DNA of 64,000 nt from Octopus sinensis (taxonomy: Eukaryota), in assembly GCF_006345805.1 (NCBI RefSeq), contig NW_021833015.1, forward strand, positions 35,144 through 99,143, written 5' to 3'. A program made the translations under genes and the position numbers. Positions 1 through 13,595 of this stretch are shown in pieces (position 1 is the first letter of the stretch; each line of letters starts with the position of its first letter). The notes under the pieces were generated by a model. The model was not told the DNA's origin, did no database searches, and saw only the letters and a list, made by a program, of their open reading frames with translations.

Positions 1-852
1 ATTTTCAAATCATCAACAGTATTATTATTATCATTATTATTATTATTTTTCTTTTTAAGGGGGGAGGGTTGCAATAGAGGAGTCAAACATCCTAATATGG
101 CATAGACATAAAGCCACAAAGCTACAGAAACATTCAAGGCAAAAAAACAAAAATTGGACAATATGAAAATGTATGTATGTATGTATATATCTATGCACAT
201 ACGTATGTGTGGGCATATGCATGCGTTTCTGAAAATACATACCCACATACACACACACATATATATATATAGCATAGCAATATCTGTCCAATCCATGCCG
301 GCATGGATGGTGGACATTAAATGATGATATATACATGTATGTGTGTGAGCACACACACACATTTGTATATAGATACACATTGAAACACACTGATATAATA
401 TGGTACATATATTCACATACATGTATGTATGTGTGTGTGTGTGTGTGTATATATAAATATATAACTATATACATGCTTATACATAGGATACATACATACG
501 TACATATGCATATATGCATACATATGTACACATAATAAAAAAAAAAAACTTAAAGAAAATACAAGTGACCATGTTCTTTTCATGTAAGAAGCCACACAGA
601 CAGAATTTTAAAAAATGACAAAATCTCAGAACTATACTTACCTGCCTGGTTTGTAAGTGTATGTGTATGTGCATGCACACCTGTATGTGTGTGTTTGCTC
701 GTTTGCTGGAAGCTAAAGTTTCATTCATACAGTTTCTGCTCTTGCGTTACTAATTACCAACAACACCCAAGATAGTACTTCGGAATAAAGACAGTGCAAC
801 GCTTTGATTCAGCAACATACACACAGTGACATGTATTGAGTACTTTCTTATC

Positions 853-889
<37 letters not shown>

Positions 890-964
890 GTATACATACG
901 TACAACAAAACCCCACCTCCCAACAAAATGTATGAAACCATACAAAATATCCATTTAGCATTAA

Positions 965-1181
965 CCCTTTTGCCATGCAGATTATTCTGTCAAATGTAAT
1001 ATTTATTTACTCACAATGTTTTGAATTAATCATGCATTATCTCATAGCTTTGAAATTTTGATGTGATTGTATATTTTAGAATGGAATTTTGAGGTGGGTG
1101 CAAGAGGCCAGATATGGCCAATTTGAAAATAAAACTAGTTGAATATTTGAGCCTGATATGGCAGATTTGAATCCTAAATGG
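965..1181 (-). mobile_element. piggyBac-type MITE (TTAA-flanked)
   Basis: TTAA|CCCTTTTGC...CCTAAATGG|TTAA. Reverse-orientation homolog of 43332-43551. Confidence 0.65.
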
Positions 1182-1607
1182 TTAAGGAATACAATTTGTC
1201 TGTTACCTATTACTAACGTGATTGGCAGTGTTGTCACTAACTCTCTGTTTGTCCTTCCCCACAGCTAAGGCACTATCACTAAGGAAATATTATCAGATCA
1301 CTTGAGTAGAAATATACAAAAATTAACTGTCCACAAACGTGCGTGTATGTATTTATAGAAGGCCAAGGAGTTGACTAAAACAATATGGGTAGATAATATC
1401 CATAGTCTCACTTGGTCATGCTTGGTAAGCCAGCCAGATAGTCTAATGATGACTGCTTCTGATAGGACCCCATGGAAGAGGTGCTGGAGGACTGCTCCAA
1501 TAACCCTTCGAGGAATAATGGGCAGAGAAGATGGATGGACGGATCCATTTCAATACAGATTACTGCAACTATAAAACTGAATATTTACTAACTCTGGGTT
1601 TTTGCAT

Positions 1608-2039
1608 ACTCTTTTACTCTCTCTCTTTACTCTTTTACTCGTTTCAGTCACTTGACTGTGGCCATGCTGGAGCACCGCCTTTAGTTGAGCAAATCGACCC
1701 CGGGACTTATTCTTTGTAAGCCCAGTACTTGTTCTATCGGTCTCTTTTGCCGAACTGCTTAGTGACTGGGACATAAACACACCGGCATCGGTTGTCAAGC
1801 GATATTGTGGGGACAAACACAGACAAACACACACATACACATATATATATAATATATATATATATATACATATATACGACAGGCTTCTTTCAGTTTCCGT
1901 CTACCAAATCCACTCACAAGGCATTGGTCGACCCGGGGCTATAGCAGAAGACACTTGTCCAAGATGCCACGCAGTGGGACTGAACCTGGAACCATGTGGT
2001 TGGTTAGCAAGCTACTTACCACACAGCCACTCCTGCGCC
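1608..2039 (-). mobile_element. tRNA-derived SINE family A (CORE-like CCTTGGGCAAG domain, internal (TA)n(TG)n, (AAAGAGT)n tail)
   Basis: Head GGCGCAGGAGTGGCTGTGTGG...GGTTCAGTCCC (A/B-box like), ~430 bp, many near-identical copies in the window. Confidence 0.85.
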
Positions 2040-2486
2040 TGAGTAGGATTCGCAAGTATGTTGGGCATTTATTGGATAATCTGTTAGTAGGTAGGTGGAA
2101 GTCACAAATGGGAAACTTTTGATCAAAGTTCTGCTGGATCAAGGACCAGGGCTGAGAAACAGCAGCAAAGCATGGAAGGAGATGTAGTCCTACATACAGC
2201 GTGTCTGAATAAATGATGGGACGAAAATAGCTAAAACATCTTTCACCACAGGTCTACTAGTGGTTAGGGTACTCAGTTCGTGACTGTAATGTCATGAGTT
2301 CAATCCTCAGCAGAGTGTTGCTACCTTGAACAAGACAGTTTACTTCACATTGCTCTAGTCCACTCAGTTGGCAAATATGAATTGTACCTGAAATTCAAAG
2401 GGGCCAGCCTGGTCACATTGTGTCACACTGAATCTCCTGGAGAACTAGGTTCAAGGTACACATATCTGTGAAGTGCTCAGCCACTT

Positions 2487-2674
2487 ACTCTTTTACTCTT
2501 TTACTTGTTTCAGTCATTTGACTGCGGCCATGCTGGAGCACTGCATTTAGTCGAGCAAATCGACCCTGGGACTTATTCTTTGTAAGCCCAGTACTTATTC
2601 TATCGACGTAAACACACCAGCATCGGTTGTCAAGCAATGCTAGGGGGACAAACACAGACACACATACATACACG

Positions 2675-2708
<34 letters not shown>

Positions 2709-2909
2709 AATATATATATACATATATATATATATATACATATATACGACAGGCTTCTTTCAGTTTCCGTCTACCAAATCCACTCACAAGGCATTGGTTG
2801 GCCCGGGGCTATAGCAGAAGGCACTTGTCCAAGGTGCCACGCAGTGGGACTGAACCCGGAACCATGTGGTTGGTAAGCAAGCTACTTACCACACAGCCAC
2901 TCCTGCGCC
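2487..2909 (-). mobile_element. SINE family A copy
   Basis: Same head, body and tail as 1608-2039. Confidence 0.85.
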
Positions 2910-2919
2910 TATATGTATA

Positions 2920-3400
2920 TTGTGCCTGAATAAATGATGGGGTGATAACAGCTTAAAATGTCTTTGATCACAGATCTGCCAGGTTGTGCTGGCCCAGGGC
3001 TAAACAGCAACACAAGGAAGAAAGCATGAAATAACAGAGTCCTAGAGATGAAGTGTCTGAATAAATGATAGGATGATAACAGCTGAAAGCATTTTTGATT
3101 ACAGAGGTGGTTGATCAGGACTGACCTAGGGTTAAACAACAGCAGCACAACGAAGGACATGTTGATGTAGTTTTTAGAAAGATGAGATGGTTACAGCTGG
3201 AACATCTTAGATCATAGGTCTACAGGATCAGAATGAACCTAGGGCTATATAACAAGAAGTAGAAAGGGCACATTAAATAACGTAGTCCTAGATACTCTAT
3301 GTTAGAGTAAAAGATAAAACAGTCGTATCTGAAACATCTCTGATCGTATGCGAACAGGATCGAACTGATCTGACATTAAAAGAACCACAAGGCTGAGCAA
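2920..3400. repeat. Diverged tandem units of a dispersed repeat; ~200 bp (3105-3270) is nearly identical to 7075-7250
   Basis: Recurrent GATGGTTACAGCTGGAACATCTT...GATCAG..CTGACCTAGGG motif. Confidence 0.6.
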
Positions 3401-3435
3401 GAACTTTGAAGCTATCTCCATTTGAACCTAAATCT

Positions 3436-4442
3436 GTTGACCCAATCCTTCCTGTTATAAGCACAAAGCCCGAAATTTTGGGGGAGGGGACCAGTTGTTT
3501 ACATCGACCCCAGACTTTCACTGGTACTTAATTTATTGACCCCGAAAGGATGAAAGGCAAAGTCGACCTCGGCGGAATTTGAGCTCAGAACGTAACATCA
3601 GACGAAATACCTATTTCTTTACTACCCACATGGGGTTAAACACAGAGGGGACAAACAAGGACAAACACACGGATTAAATCGATTACATCGACCCCAGTGC
3701 GTAACTGGTACTTAATTTATCGACCCCGAAAGGATGAAAGGCAAAGTCGACCTCGGCGGAATTTGAACTCAGAACGTAACATCAGACGAAATACCTATTT
3801 CTTTACTACCCACAAGGGGCTAAACACAGAGGGGATAAACAAGGACAGACACACAGATTAAGTCGATTACATCGACCCCAGTGCGTAACTGGTAAATAAT
3901 CTATCGACCCCAAAAGGATGAAAGGCAAAGTTGACCTCGGCGGAATTTGAACTCAGAACGTAACGGCAGACGAAATACCTATTTCTTTACTACCCACAAG
4001 GGGTTAAACACAGAGGAGACAAACAAGGACAGACACACGGATTAAGTCGATTACATCGAACCCAGTGCGTAACTGGTACTTAATTTATCAACCCCAAAAG
4101 GATGAAAGGCAAAGTCGACCTCGGCGGAATTTGAACTCAGAACGAAGCGATGGCTGAAATACCACCAAGCATTTCGTCCAGCGTGCTAACGACTCTGCCA
4201 GCTCGTCGCCTTATTTGTTGACCCAATCCTTTTTCTTATAAGCACAAAGCCCGAAGTTTTGGAGGAGGGGACTAGTTGATTACATCGACCCCAGAATTTC
4301 ACTGGTACTTAATTTATTGACCCTGAAAGGATGAAAGGCAAAGTCGACCTCGGCGGAATTTGAACTCAGAACGTAACGGCAGACGAAATACCGCTAAGCA
4401 TTTCGCCCGGTGTGCTTACCACTCTGCCGGCTTGTCGCCTTA
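3436..4442 (-). mobile_element. tRNA-derived SINE family B, multimeric array plus an adjacent monomer
   Basis: Head GAGCTGGCAGA..CGTTAGCAC, B box GAGTTCAAATTCC, central GCCTTTCATCCTTTCGGGGTCGATAAA domain (tentatively Meta/MESC-like), ~183-bp units. Confidence 0.8.
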
Positions 4443-5717
4443 TTTGATGACCCAATCAAAGGCTTAAAGACTGTCTCACTAAAGCCGACCAAAAACTCCA
4501 TTCAAGTCGGGGTTTTATCTGACACTCGATATTCCCTAAGACTTATCTTAACAATGATACGAAAAAAATAAAATAAAATATAAAAACAAACAAACACAAC
4601 TATCTATAAGTATTTATTTTGTTGAAGAGACTTAAACCGCAGATTTTATCAAGAACAATTTTGTTTGTTTTTTTTTCCTTCTTTCCTTCTCTATTTTTTT
4701 TTTATTTTAAATAAAAAAAAAAAATAACAATTCTGTTTTGGGTGCAGACATGGCTTTACGGTTAAGAAGTTTGCTCCACAACCCTGAGCTTCTAGGTTCA
4801 ATCTCACAGCAAGTGAGATTGAACCTAGAAAGGTCTTTTACTTCTGCTGACTTTTTCGCCACAACTTTCTCTCACACTTTTCTCCTGCATCTTGCAGCTC
4901 ACCTGTGACGGACCAGCGTCCTGTCCAGGTGGGGAAAATCCACAGCGAAGGTCTTTTGCCGTTCCCTCGCCTAGTGTTGATGGCCAATAGCTTGTCAAGT
5001 GGGAATATTTCAATAATGCGGTCCTAGGTACACTGTGTCTGAGTAGAAGACAAGATGCATGTAGCTGAAACAGCCTTGATTTGTGTCCCCTAATTTGACA
5101 CCCTGTGTCTTCTACAATCTGATGGATATATGCTCAGTAAGCGGAGAAAGAAGGGAACATTATGCAGGGCCCAAAGGGACAAGCAAGAATGATATATCCA
5201 GCAATCACCTTCTCGGCAAATCCATACATGGGAATACAAGTTTTGGCAGTCAAAGAGAGAGAGAGAGTGTGTGTGTGTGTGTGTGTGTGTGTGAGACCGG
5301 ATATCAAATGCTATCTAAAGTGGAACAATAAACAAATATTGTTGACATAATCAACATTTCTTCTCAGCCATGAGATGTATAATTAATTACTCCATTACTG
5401 GTCCATTGCCGGTCAGTGGACTGTAGCGGCGGCGGCAGCGGCGGCGGAGAGGGAGAGTTGCACCAGTTTGCAGTGTTAGGCTGATTACATCATCCACAGG
5501 GTTTATTTATAGTATTCTGTGTGAAGCTGGTATCCCCCCTGTCTTTCTTCAAGACACTCCTCCAGTTGGTGAGAATTGGTGACAGAAGACTTGACTGAAT
5601 CATTCCTATTCTGCTGCTGCTGCTGAAGGTTTTGGCAAAAACCCTGACATGGGACATCAAGTGTGTGATGCCTCTGCAGAGAATAAACCTTGTAACGAGC
5701 ACCATCTCTGCTTGTGG

Positions 5718-6190
5718 AGGCATATGGCCTAGTGGTTAGAGCAGCGGATTCGCGGTCGAGAGATCGCAGGTTCGAATCTCAGACCAGGTGATGTGTATGT
5801 TTATGAGCGAAACACCTAAGCTCCATGCGGCTCCAGGAGAAGGTAATGGCGAAACTTCTGCCGACTCTTTCGCCACGACTTTCTCTCACGCTTACATGGC
5901 CTAGTGGTTAGAGCAGTGGACTCACGGTCGAGGGATTGCAGGTTCAAATCTCAGACCAGGTGATGTGTGTGTTTATGAGTGAAACACCTAAGCTCCACGT
6001 GGCTCCAGCAGAAGGTAATGGCGATACTTCTGCTGACTCTTTTGCCACAACTTTCTCTCACTCTTTCCTCCTGCATCTTGCAGCTAACCTGCGACGGACC
6101 GGCGTCCTGTCCAGGTGGGGAACCTATACACCAAGAAAACCAGGAAACTGGCCCTATGAGCCAGGCATGGCTTGTGAAGGAACAAACAAA
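5718..6190 (+). mobile_element. tRNA-derived SINE family D, partial copy followed by a full copy
   Basis: TGGCCTAGTGGTTAGAGC A box and GGTTCGAATCTC B box occur twice; body also at 4842-4935. Confidence 0.75.
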
Positions 6191-6622
6191 ACAAAACATA
6201 TTGAAAAAAATGTCGTCAGAATTTTGGGGAAAAAAATCCTTTTATCTCTTCAATATTATTAGCGCTCTTGTTCCTCTCTAGAAATTACTTTATTATTAAG
6301 GCAATAAGTTGGCAGAATCGTTAGCACACTGGGCAAAATGCTTGGTGGCACTTTGTCTGTCTGCATGTTCCGAGTTCAAATTCCCCTGAGGTAAACTTAG
6401 CCTTTCATCCTTCCGGGGTCAAGAAAATAAGTAGAAGTTGAGCACTTGCGTAAGTGGGGGTTGACTTTCCCTCCTCCCCCTCCAAACTTGTTGGCCCTGT
6501 GCCAAAATTTGAAGCCATCATCGTCATCTGTTGTTATTTGACAATGATAATTAGCATTGGATAAATAACAAAAACTTGATATTTGATTACATCACTGAAA
6601 CCTAATGAGTTAATTGTTTGAG

Positions 6623-6666
<44 letters not shown>

Positions 6667-7469
6667 TTCCTAGTCTGAAAATAATTTTCCTGGCCTTTAT
6701 TCTTTTATTACTCTCAGTCACTGGAAACCGTAGCCATGCCAGGGAGACTCCCCCCCCACTTCAAGGTCATTTTTAAGTACCCACATTAACCTCGATACTT
6801 ATTTCCGTCTGGTACAACCCGTTTATCAATCTGTACTCCTTATTGCCTTTAACCCTTTTAAAACCAACCCACGTGAAACAGTCCCTGGGTCTAATAATAC
6901 AAACTTCTTGTAAAGTGATTTGAACTAAAAAAAAAAAAATCACCTGTCAAAATTTGGGGCTAATTTATGGGGCAAACACCAACTTAAAAATCCTTCATTA
7001 TTTTGTAAAATTAAATAAAACAAAGGGAGTGTATTTCAACAGAAATATGATATTGATAGGGTTTTAAAATAAAGGTGGTTGATCAGGACTGACCTAGGGT
7101 TAAACAACAGCAGCACAACGAAGGACATGTTGATGTCATCCTACATAGGTTTTAGAAAGATGAGATGGTTACAGCTGGAACATCTTAGATCATAGGTCTA
7201 CAGGATCAGAATGAACCTAGGGCTATATAACAAGAAGTAGAAAGGGCACAATAATGTAGTATGTTAGACAGTGAGGGAGCTTCTATGCAACCAACAGTCA
7301 AATCTCCCTCTCATCAAATTTCTTACTGTTTCAACCCTTCTTAAAACCAATCTATCTGAGACCCTGGTTCTATGATACAAACTTTCTGTTTTAAAGCAAT
7401 CTAAATTTTAAAACCCTTTTTTCATCAAAATTTCATGCTAATAATCTATGTTCCAAGCATTACCTAAAT

Positions 7470-7900
7470 AAGTTCTATATTTAAGAGATGAGGAATTATG
7501 TACATTATTTTCATTTGACAGATATTTGTCCTCATCTTGTTTGTTATTATCACGTTTCGGCTGATATACCCTCCAGCCTTCATCAGGTGTCTTGGGGAAA
7601 TTTCGAACCTGGGTTCTCATTCCTAAGGTACTTTTCGATGTTGTTGTTGTTGTTATTATTATTATTATTACTACTACCACTACTATTATTAGTAGTAGTA
7701 TTCAGTTCTATATTTAAGAAATGAGAAATTATGTACATTATTTACATTTGACGGATATTTGCCCTCATCTTGTTTGTTGTTAACACAATGTTTCAGCTGA
7801 TATACCCTCCAGCCTTCTTCAGGTGCCTTGCGGAAATTTCGAACCTGGGTTCTCATTCCTTAGGTATTTTTCGATATTATTATTTTTATTATTATTATTA
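7470..7900 (-). mobile_element. Tandem dimer (236-bp period) of a Penelope/retrozyme-like repeat, each copy with a hammerhead motif
   Basis: Two ~170-bp homologous copies separated by (GTT/ATT)n. CTGATGA...GAAAC at 7545-7591 and CTGAAGA...GAAAC at 7782-7827. Confidence 0.65.
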
Positions 7901-8639
7901 TAGATCGTTAGCCACTACACACATTTTTTTCTCTCCTTGTTTCTCTCCCTATTTTTTTTTCTCACTCCTTGTTTTTTGGGGTCCCTTTCTGTAGAAGAGC
8001 GTAGGCTCGAAATGTGAAAGACTTTTTCTATTCCTGAGCGTTATACTAATACATCTGTTTGTTTCGTACACCACCTGTCTTCGTCTTTTGTTTTTTTCAT
8101 AAACTCTCCCTAAACTCACACAAACACACACACAGACAGAGAGTAGGCTTCTTTCATTTTCCTTCAACGAAAACCATTCACAAGGCTTTAGTTGGCAAAA
8201 GGCTATTGTAGAAGATGCCTTGCCCAAGGTGCCACGCAGTGGGACTGAACCCAGAACCATGTGGTTCAGACGCAAACTGCTAACCACACAGCCATGCCCT
8301 GCGACTCCCTTACTTGAAATGCTTTCAGAACGTAGACAATCCTAGTGGGAATGAGCTGATTTGTCAGGAGTGTTTGCCACCTCTTGGAGACACACTACCG
8401 AAAGCAGAAAGAAAAGCTCACAGACTGCGCTCCACGTGTATGCATTCCCATAAATTAGTAATGTATGGAGACACATAGTAATACCGCTAAATGTCATGTG
8501 TGTGTGTGTGTGTGTGCGTGCGTGCTTGTGTATATAGACAACGTGCAGACAGTACAGTGGTAAATGTCACAGGTATATATAAGTACAGAGCAGTAAATGT
8601 CACATACGATAGGTGCGCGTACATACACAAAAATGCATA

Positions 8640-8722
8640 TGTATAGGGATGTATGTGAATATACACACACACACACACACGAATGTATATGCATCTCTAC
8701 ATATATACACACATATAGACAA

Positions 8723-8763
<41 letters not shown>

Positions 8764-8978
8764 CATAACATATATACATAGATACACACACACACGAATG
8801 TATTTAAATGTGTATGCGTATGCATCTCTACATATATACACACATATACACAAACACTCACACACACACATATATATATATATATATACATAACATATAT
8901 ACATAGATATACACATACCCGAATGTATTTAAATGTGTGTGTGTATGCATCTCTACATATATACACACATATACACAA

Positions 8979-9015
<37 letters not shown>

Positions 9016-9700
9016 CATAACATATATACATAGATATACACATACCCGAATGTATTTAAATGTGTGTGTGTATGCATCTCTCCATATATACACACATATA
9101 CACAAACACACACACACACATATATATATATACATACTCTTTACTCTTTTTACTCTTTTGCTTGTTTCAGTCATTTGACTGCGGCCATGCTGGAGCACCG
9201 CCTTTAATCGAGCAACTCGACCCCGGAACTTATTCTTTTTGTAAGCCCAGTACTTATCCTATCGGTCTCTTTTGCCAAACCGCTAAGTAACGGGGACGTA
9301 AACACACCAGCATCGGTTGTCAAGCAATGCTAGGGGAACCAACACAGACACACAAACACACACACACATATATATATATATATACATATATACGACGGGC
9401 TTCTTTCAGTTTCCGTCTACCAAATCCACTCACAAGGCATTGGTCGGCCCGGGGCTATAGCAGAAGACACTTGCCCAAGATGCCACGCAGTGGGACTGAA
9501 CCCGGAACCATGTGGTTGGTTAGCAAGCTACTTACCACACAGCCACTCCTGCGCCTATATACATAGATACACACATACACGAATGTATTTAAATGTGTGT
9601 GCGTATGCATCTCTCCATATACACACACACACACATATACACATACATACATATACACACATGTATATACATACATAACATATATACGTAGATACACAAA
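8640..9700. repeat. Microsatellite-derived tandem array (~115-127-bp units) interrupted by a SINE
   Basis: Anchor GAATGTATTTAAATG at 8796, 8921, 9048 and 9581. Confidence 0.75.
9137..9555 (-). mobile_element. SINE family A copy with a possible 10-bp TSD
   Basis: TATATACATA at 9127-9136 and 9556-9565 (low-complexity, so weak evidence). Confidence 0.85.
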
Positions 9701-10027
9701 CACACGAATATATTTTGTCGTTACTATTTATTATTACACACAAGTGGAGAGTGTATACATAAATACTCTTTTACTCGTTTCAGCCGTTTGACTGCGGCCA
9801 TGCTGGAGCACTGCCTTTTAGTCGAGCAAATCGACCACGGGACTTATTCTTTGTAAGCCTAGTACTTATTCTATCGGTCACTATTGCCAAACAGCTAAGT
9901 GACGGGGACATAAACACACCAGCATCGGTTGTCAAGCGATGTTGGAGGGTGGGGCCAACACATACACACATATATATATGTATATATACATATATATACA
10001 TATATATGTATATATACATATATTTGA

Positions 10028-10311
10028 ACGTGGCCGATGCCAGCGCCGCCTTGGCTGGCTTCCGTGCCGGTGGCACGTTAAAAGCACCAACCGATCGTGG
10101 CCGATGCCAGACCCCACCTGGCACCTGTGCAGGTGGCACGTAAAAAGCACCCACTACACTCGCGGAGTGGTTGGCGTTAAGAAGGGCATCCAGCTGTAGA
10201 AACACTGCCAGATCAGACTGTAGCCTGGTGCAGCCCTCGCTTCCCAGACCCCGGTCGAACCGTCCAATCCGTGCTATCGCGGAAAACGGATGTTAAACGA
10301 TGATGATGATG
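10028..10311 (+). mobile_element. Family C: 5'-truncated RTE-like LINE 3'UTR with (ATG)n tail
   Basis: GGCACGTAAAAAGCACC unit, GTTA(A/G)GAAGGGCATCCAGCTGTAG, ending GTTAAACGATGATGATG. Confidence 0.7.
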
Positions 10312-10556
10312 ATACACACACACACACACACATATACGATGGGCTTCTTCCATTTTCCATATAATAATAATAATAATAATAATAATATAATAATGGTTTC
10401 AAGCTTTGGTACAAAGCCTGCAATTTTGGGGAAGTGAGTAAGTTGATTAGATCGACCCCTAGCACTCAACTTTTATCAACTCCAAAAGGGTGAATAGCAA
10501 AGTTGACCTCACCGGAATTTGAAGTCAGAATGGAGCAACGGGTGAAATACTGCACC

Positions 10557-10596
<40 letters not shown>

Positions 10597-11067
10597 TAAT
10601 GGTTTAAAATTTTGGTACAAGGCCTGCAATTTTGGGGAAGGGAGTAAGTTGATTAGATTGCCCCCCCCCCCTAGTACTCAACTTTTATTGACTCCGAAAG
10701 AGCGAAAGGCAAAGTTGACCTCAGCAGAATTTGAACCCAGAACAATAAAGACAGACCAAATGTTATTAAGCATTTTGCCGAGCGTGCAAACGATTCTGCC
10801 AGCTCACTGCCTTAATAATAACAACAATGACGATAAAATTTTTTTTTTCAAAAAAAAAAAAAAAAAAAAAAAAAACTAGCAGGGACTGAAATTTAACAAG
10901 GGGACACACAGATGCAAAAGCAGTGGGGTAAAAAAACAAAACCACCCACTCCATCTCAATGCTGCCAAATTTCAGTGCACACATCCCCTGTCACATGTGT
11001 CTGAAGTTAAAAGAACATCACACATGTATATATATTAGTTACATAGCTATAATATATAGACATTATA

Positions 11068-11121
<54 letters not shown>

Positions 11122-11164
11122 CACATATATATATATATACACATATATATATATATATACACAT

Positions 11165-11213
<49 letters not shown>

Positions 11214-11249
11214 TATATACATACACACAAATACATACATACACAGTGT

Positions 11250-11757
11250 ATGACTAGAGACCGAGACCTCTGGAAGTATGCTGTGCACGAGAAGACCCGG
11301 CAGGACAAGTGAGACCATAACCCGTGGCCTTCTACATGGGATGTAGCCAGCCCACTTATGCATACCTTCCCTTCTTGGGACACAAAACTCTACTTGTGAA
11401 GACCTGTTGAGGCAAGTGGAAATCAGAATCGAAATCGATCAATGAAAATTGCAGCTGAGTTACCAGTGCTGGTGGCACGTAAGAGAACCATCCGAACGTG
11501 GTCGTTGCCAGCGCCGCCCAGACTGGCCTCGTGCCGGTGGCACGTAAAAAGCCCCATCCGTTTGTGGCCGTTGCCAGCCTCGCCTGGCCCCTGTGCACCC
11601 ACTACACTCACGGAGTAGTTGGTGTTAGGAAGGGCATCCAGCCGTAGAAACACTGCCAGATCAGACTGGGCCTGATGCAGCCTTCTGGCTTCCCAGACCC
11701 CAGTTGAACCGTCCAACCCATGCTAGCATGGAAAGCGGACGCTAAACGAGGATGATG
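11250..11757 (+). mobile_element. Family C copy retaining the LINE ORF C-terminus
   Basis: 11250-11312 encodes [20 protein letters not shown], resembling the RTE-clade DRxxWR terminus, followed by the family C 3'UTR. Confidence 0.65.
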
Positions 11758-11928
11758 GCAGTATCACTGCTTAACATCTATCTGGTATTGGCTTGTTTAC
11801 GCAAAAGCGACTGAGCAGTTTGGCAAAAGGGACCAACAGAATTAAGTACCAGGCTTTGAAAAGAAGTGCTGGGGTTGATTTGTCTTACTAAGCCCTTCAA
11901 GATGGTACTCCAGCATAGCCACAGCCCT

Positions 11929-12310
11929 ATATATTTCTTTACTACCCACAAGGGGCTAAACACAGAGAGGACAAACAAGGACAGACAAAGGGATTAAGTC
12001 GATTACATCGACCCCAGTGCATAACTGGTACTTATTTCATCGACCCCGAAAGGGTGAAAAGCAAAGTCGACCTCGGCGGAATTTGAACTCAGAATGTGAA
12101 GATGGATGAAATACCTATTTCTTTACTACCCACAAGGGTCTAAACACAGAGGGGACAAACAAGGACAGACAAACGGATTAAGTTGATTACATCGACCCCA
12201 GTGCGTAACTGGTACCTTATTTCATCGACCCCGAAAGGATGAAAGGCAAAGTCGACCTCGGCGGAATTTGAACTCAGGACGTAACGGCAGACGAAATACG
12301 GCTACGCATT
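11929..12310 (-). mobile_element. SINE family B dimer
   Basis: Two ~183-bp units. Confidence 0.8.
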
Positions 12311-12589
12311 TCCAAGATATAAAAGACGTATATAGCGTGCGTATGTGTGTGACTCACTGATTGAAAACCCCGGTGTCAATTTATGTCCCCTGTAACTTAG
12401 CAGTCCTGGCAAAAGGGGGCCTGTAGAATCAGTACTGCCCTAGCAAGGACTGAAACAAGTAAAAGAATAAAAGGAAGAATTACAACCTATCTGAGCGAGT
12501 GGGGGTGGCAGGGGTTGTGTCAGTCCGGAGTTACTTACAGGGTGACATGCTGTAGCAAACCATCACCCTTACTTAGTCACCACCAAGCA

Positions 12590-13150
12590 TACATGCGCAC
12601 ACAAAGTGACACACACATACAAGATGAGACACACACACACAAAATGACACACACACATACAAAATGACACACACATACAAAATGACACACACATAAAATG
12701 ACACACACACACACACAAAGTGACACAGCACATACAAAATGACACACACACACAGTGACACACACATACAAAATAACACACACACACAAAGTGATACACA
12801 CATACAAAATGACACACACACACAAAATGACAGGCACACACAAAGTGACACGCACATACAAAATGACACATATGCAATGTGACACAGACTCATACACACA
12901 ATATCTCACACACACACACCACACACACACACACACAAAATGACACACACACACAAAGTGACACGCACATACAAAATGACACACACACACACAAAGTGAC
13001 ACACACACACACACATACAATGACACATAAACAAAGTGACACGTACAAAGTGACAGACACACACACACACACACGCACAAAATGACACACAGAGTGACAC
13101 AGATACAAAGTGACAGACACATACACACAATGTCACACACACACACACAA
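12590..13150. repeat. Compound (CA)n minisatellite with an ACAAAATGACAC/ACAAAGTGACAC anchor
   Basis: Direct inspection. Confidence 0.85.
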
Positions 13151-13359
13151 ACTGACATCCATGCAACTCTCCCCCAGTATTGAGCCAATCAACTAAACCA
13201 AGTGTGCAGCCGTTCGGTCATTCACAGGGTGGGATTTTTTCTCTTCTTCATCTCCTTCTTGTTATTGTCGTTGTCATTGCTGTGCCTGTCTTGTTCTCAT
13301 CACAGTGAAATTCCAGAAGAATTTCACAAAAAAAAAACCAGAAAAAAAAAAAAGAAACA

Positions 13360-13595
13360 CAGGAGGAGAAGAAGGAGGAGGAGGAGGCAGCAGGAGAGAG
13401 GAGGAGGAGGAGGCTGGAGAGAGGAGGAGGAGGCAGGAGAGAGGAGGAGGAAGCAGGAGAGAGGAGGAGGAAGCAGGAGAGAGGAGGACGAAGCAGGAGA
13501 GAGGATGAGGAGGCAGGAGAGACGAGGAGGCAGGAGAGACGAGGAGGCAGGAGAGACGAGGAGGAGGCAGGAGAGAGGAGGAGGAGGAAGCTGTG
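13360..13595. repeat. Purine-rich (GGA)n/AGGAGAG tandem tract
   Basis: GGCAGGAGAGAGGAGGAGGA units. Confidence 0.85.

Noticed and set aside
636-728. Perfect CAG|GTAAGT donor on the minus strand ending a 29-codon ORF (MNETLASS...QTRQ)
   Set aside because: Phase 0 does not fit the phase-1 continuation of the gene, acceptors are weak, and one such 9-mer in 64 kb can arise by chance.
5718-5790. tRNA genes at SINE heads
   Set aside because: A/B boxes are present, but they run into SINE bodies without a complete acceptor stem or T-run terminator.
10930-10984. ALKFGSI as the missing AVKFGRM exon (also VKFGPL near 16700)
   Set aside because: No AG acceptor in the required phase and no downstream similarity to the NR1F T/A-box.
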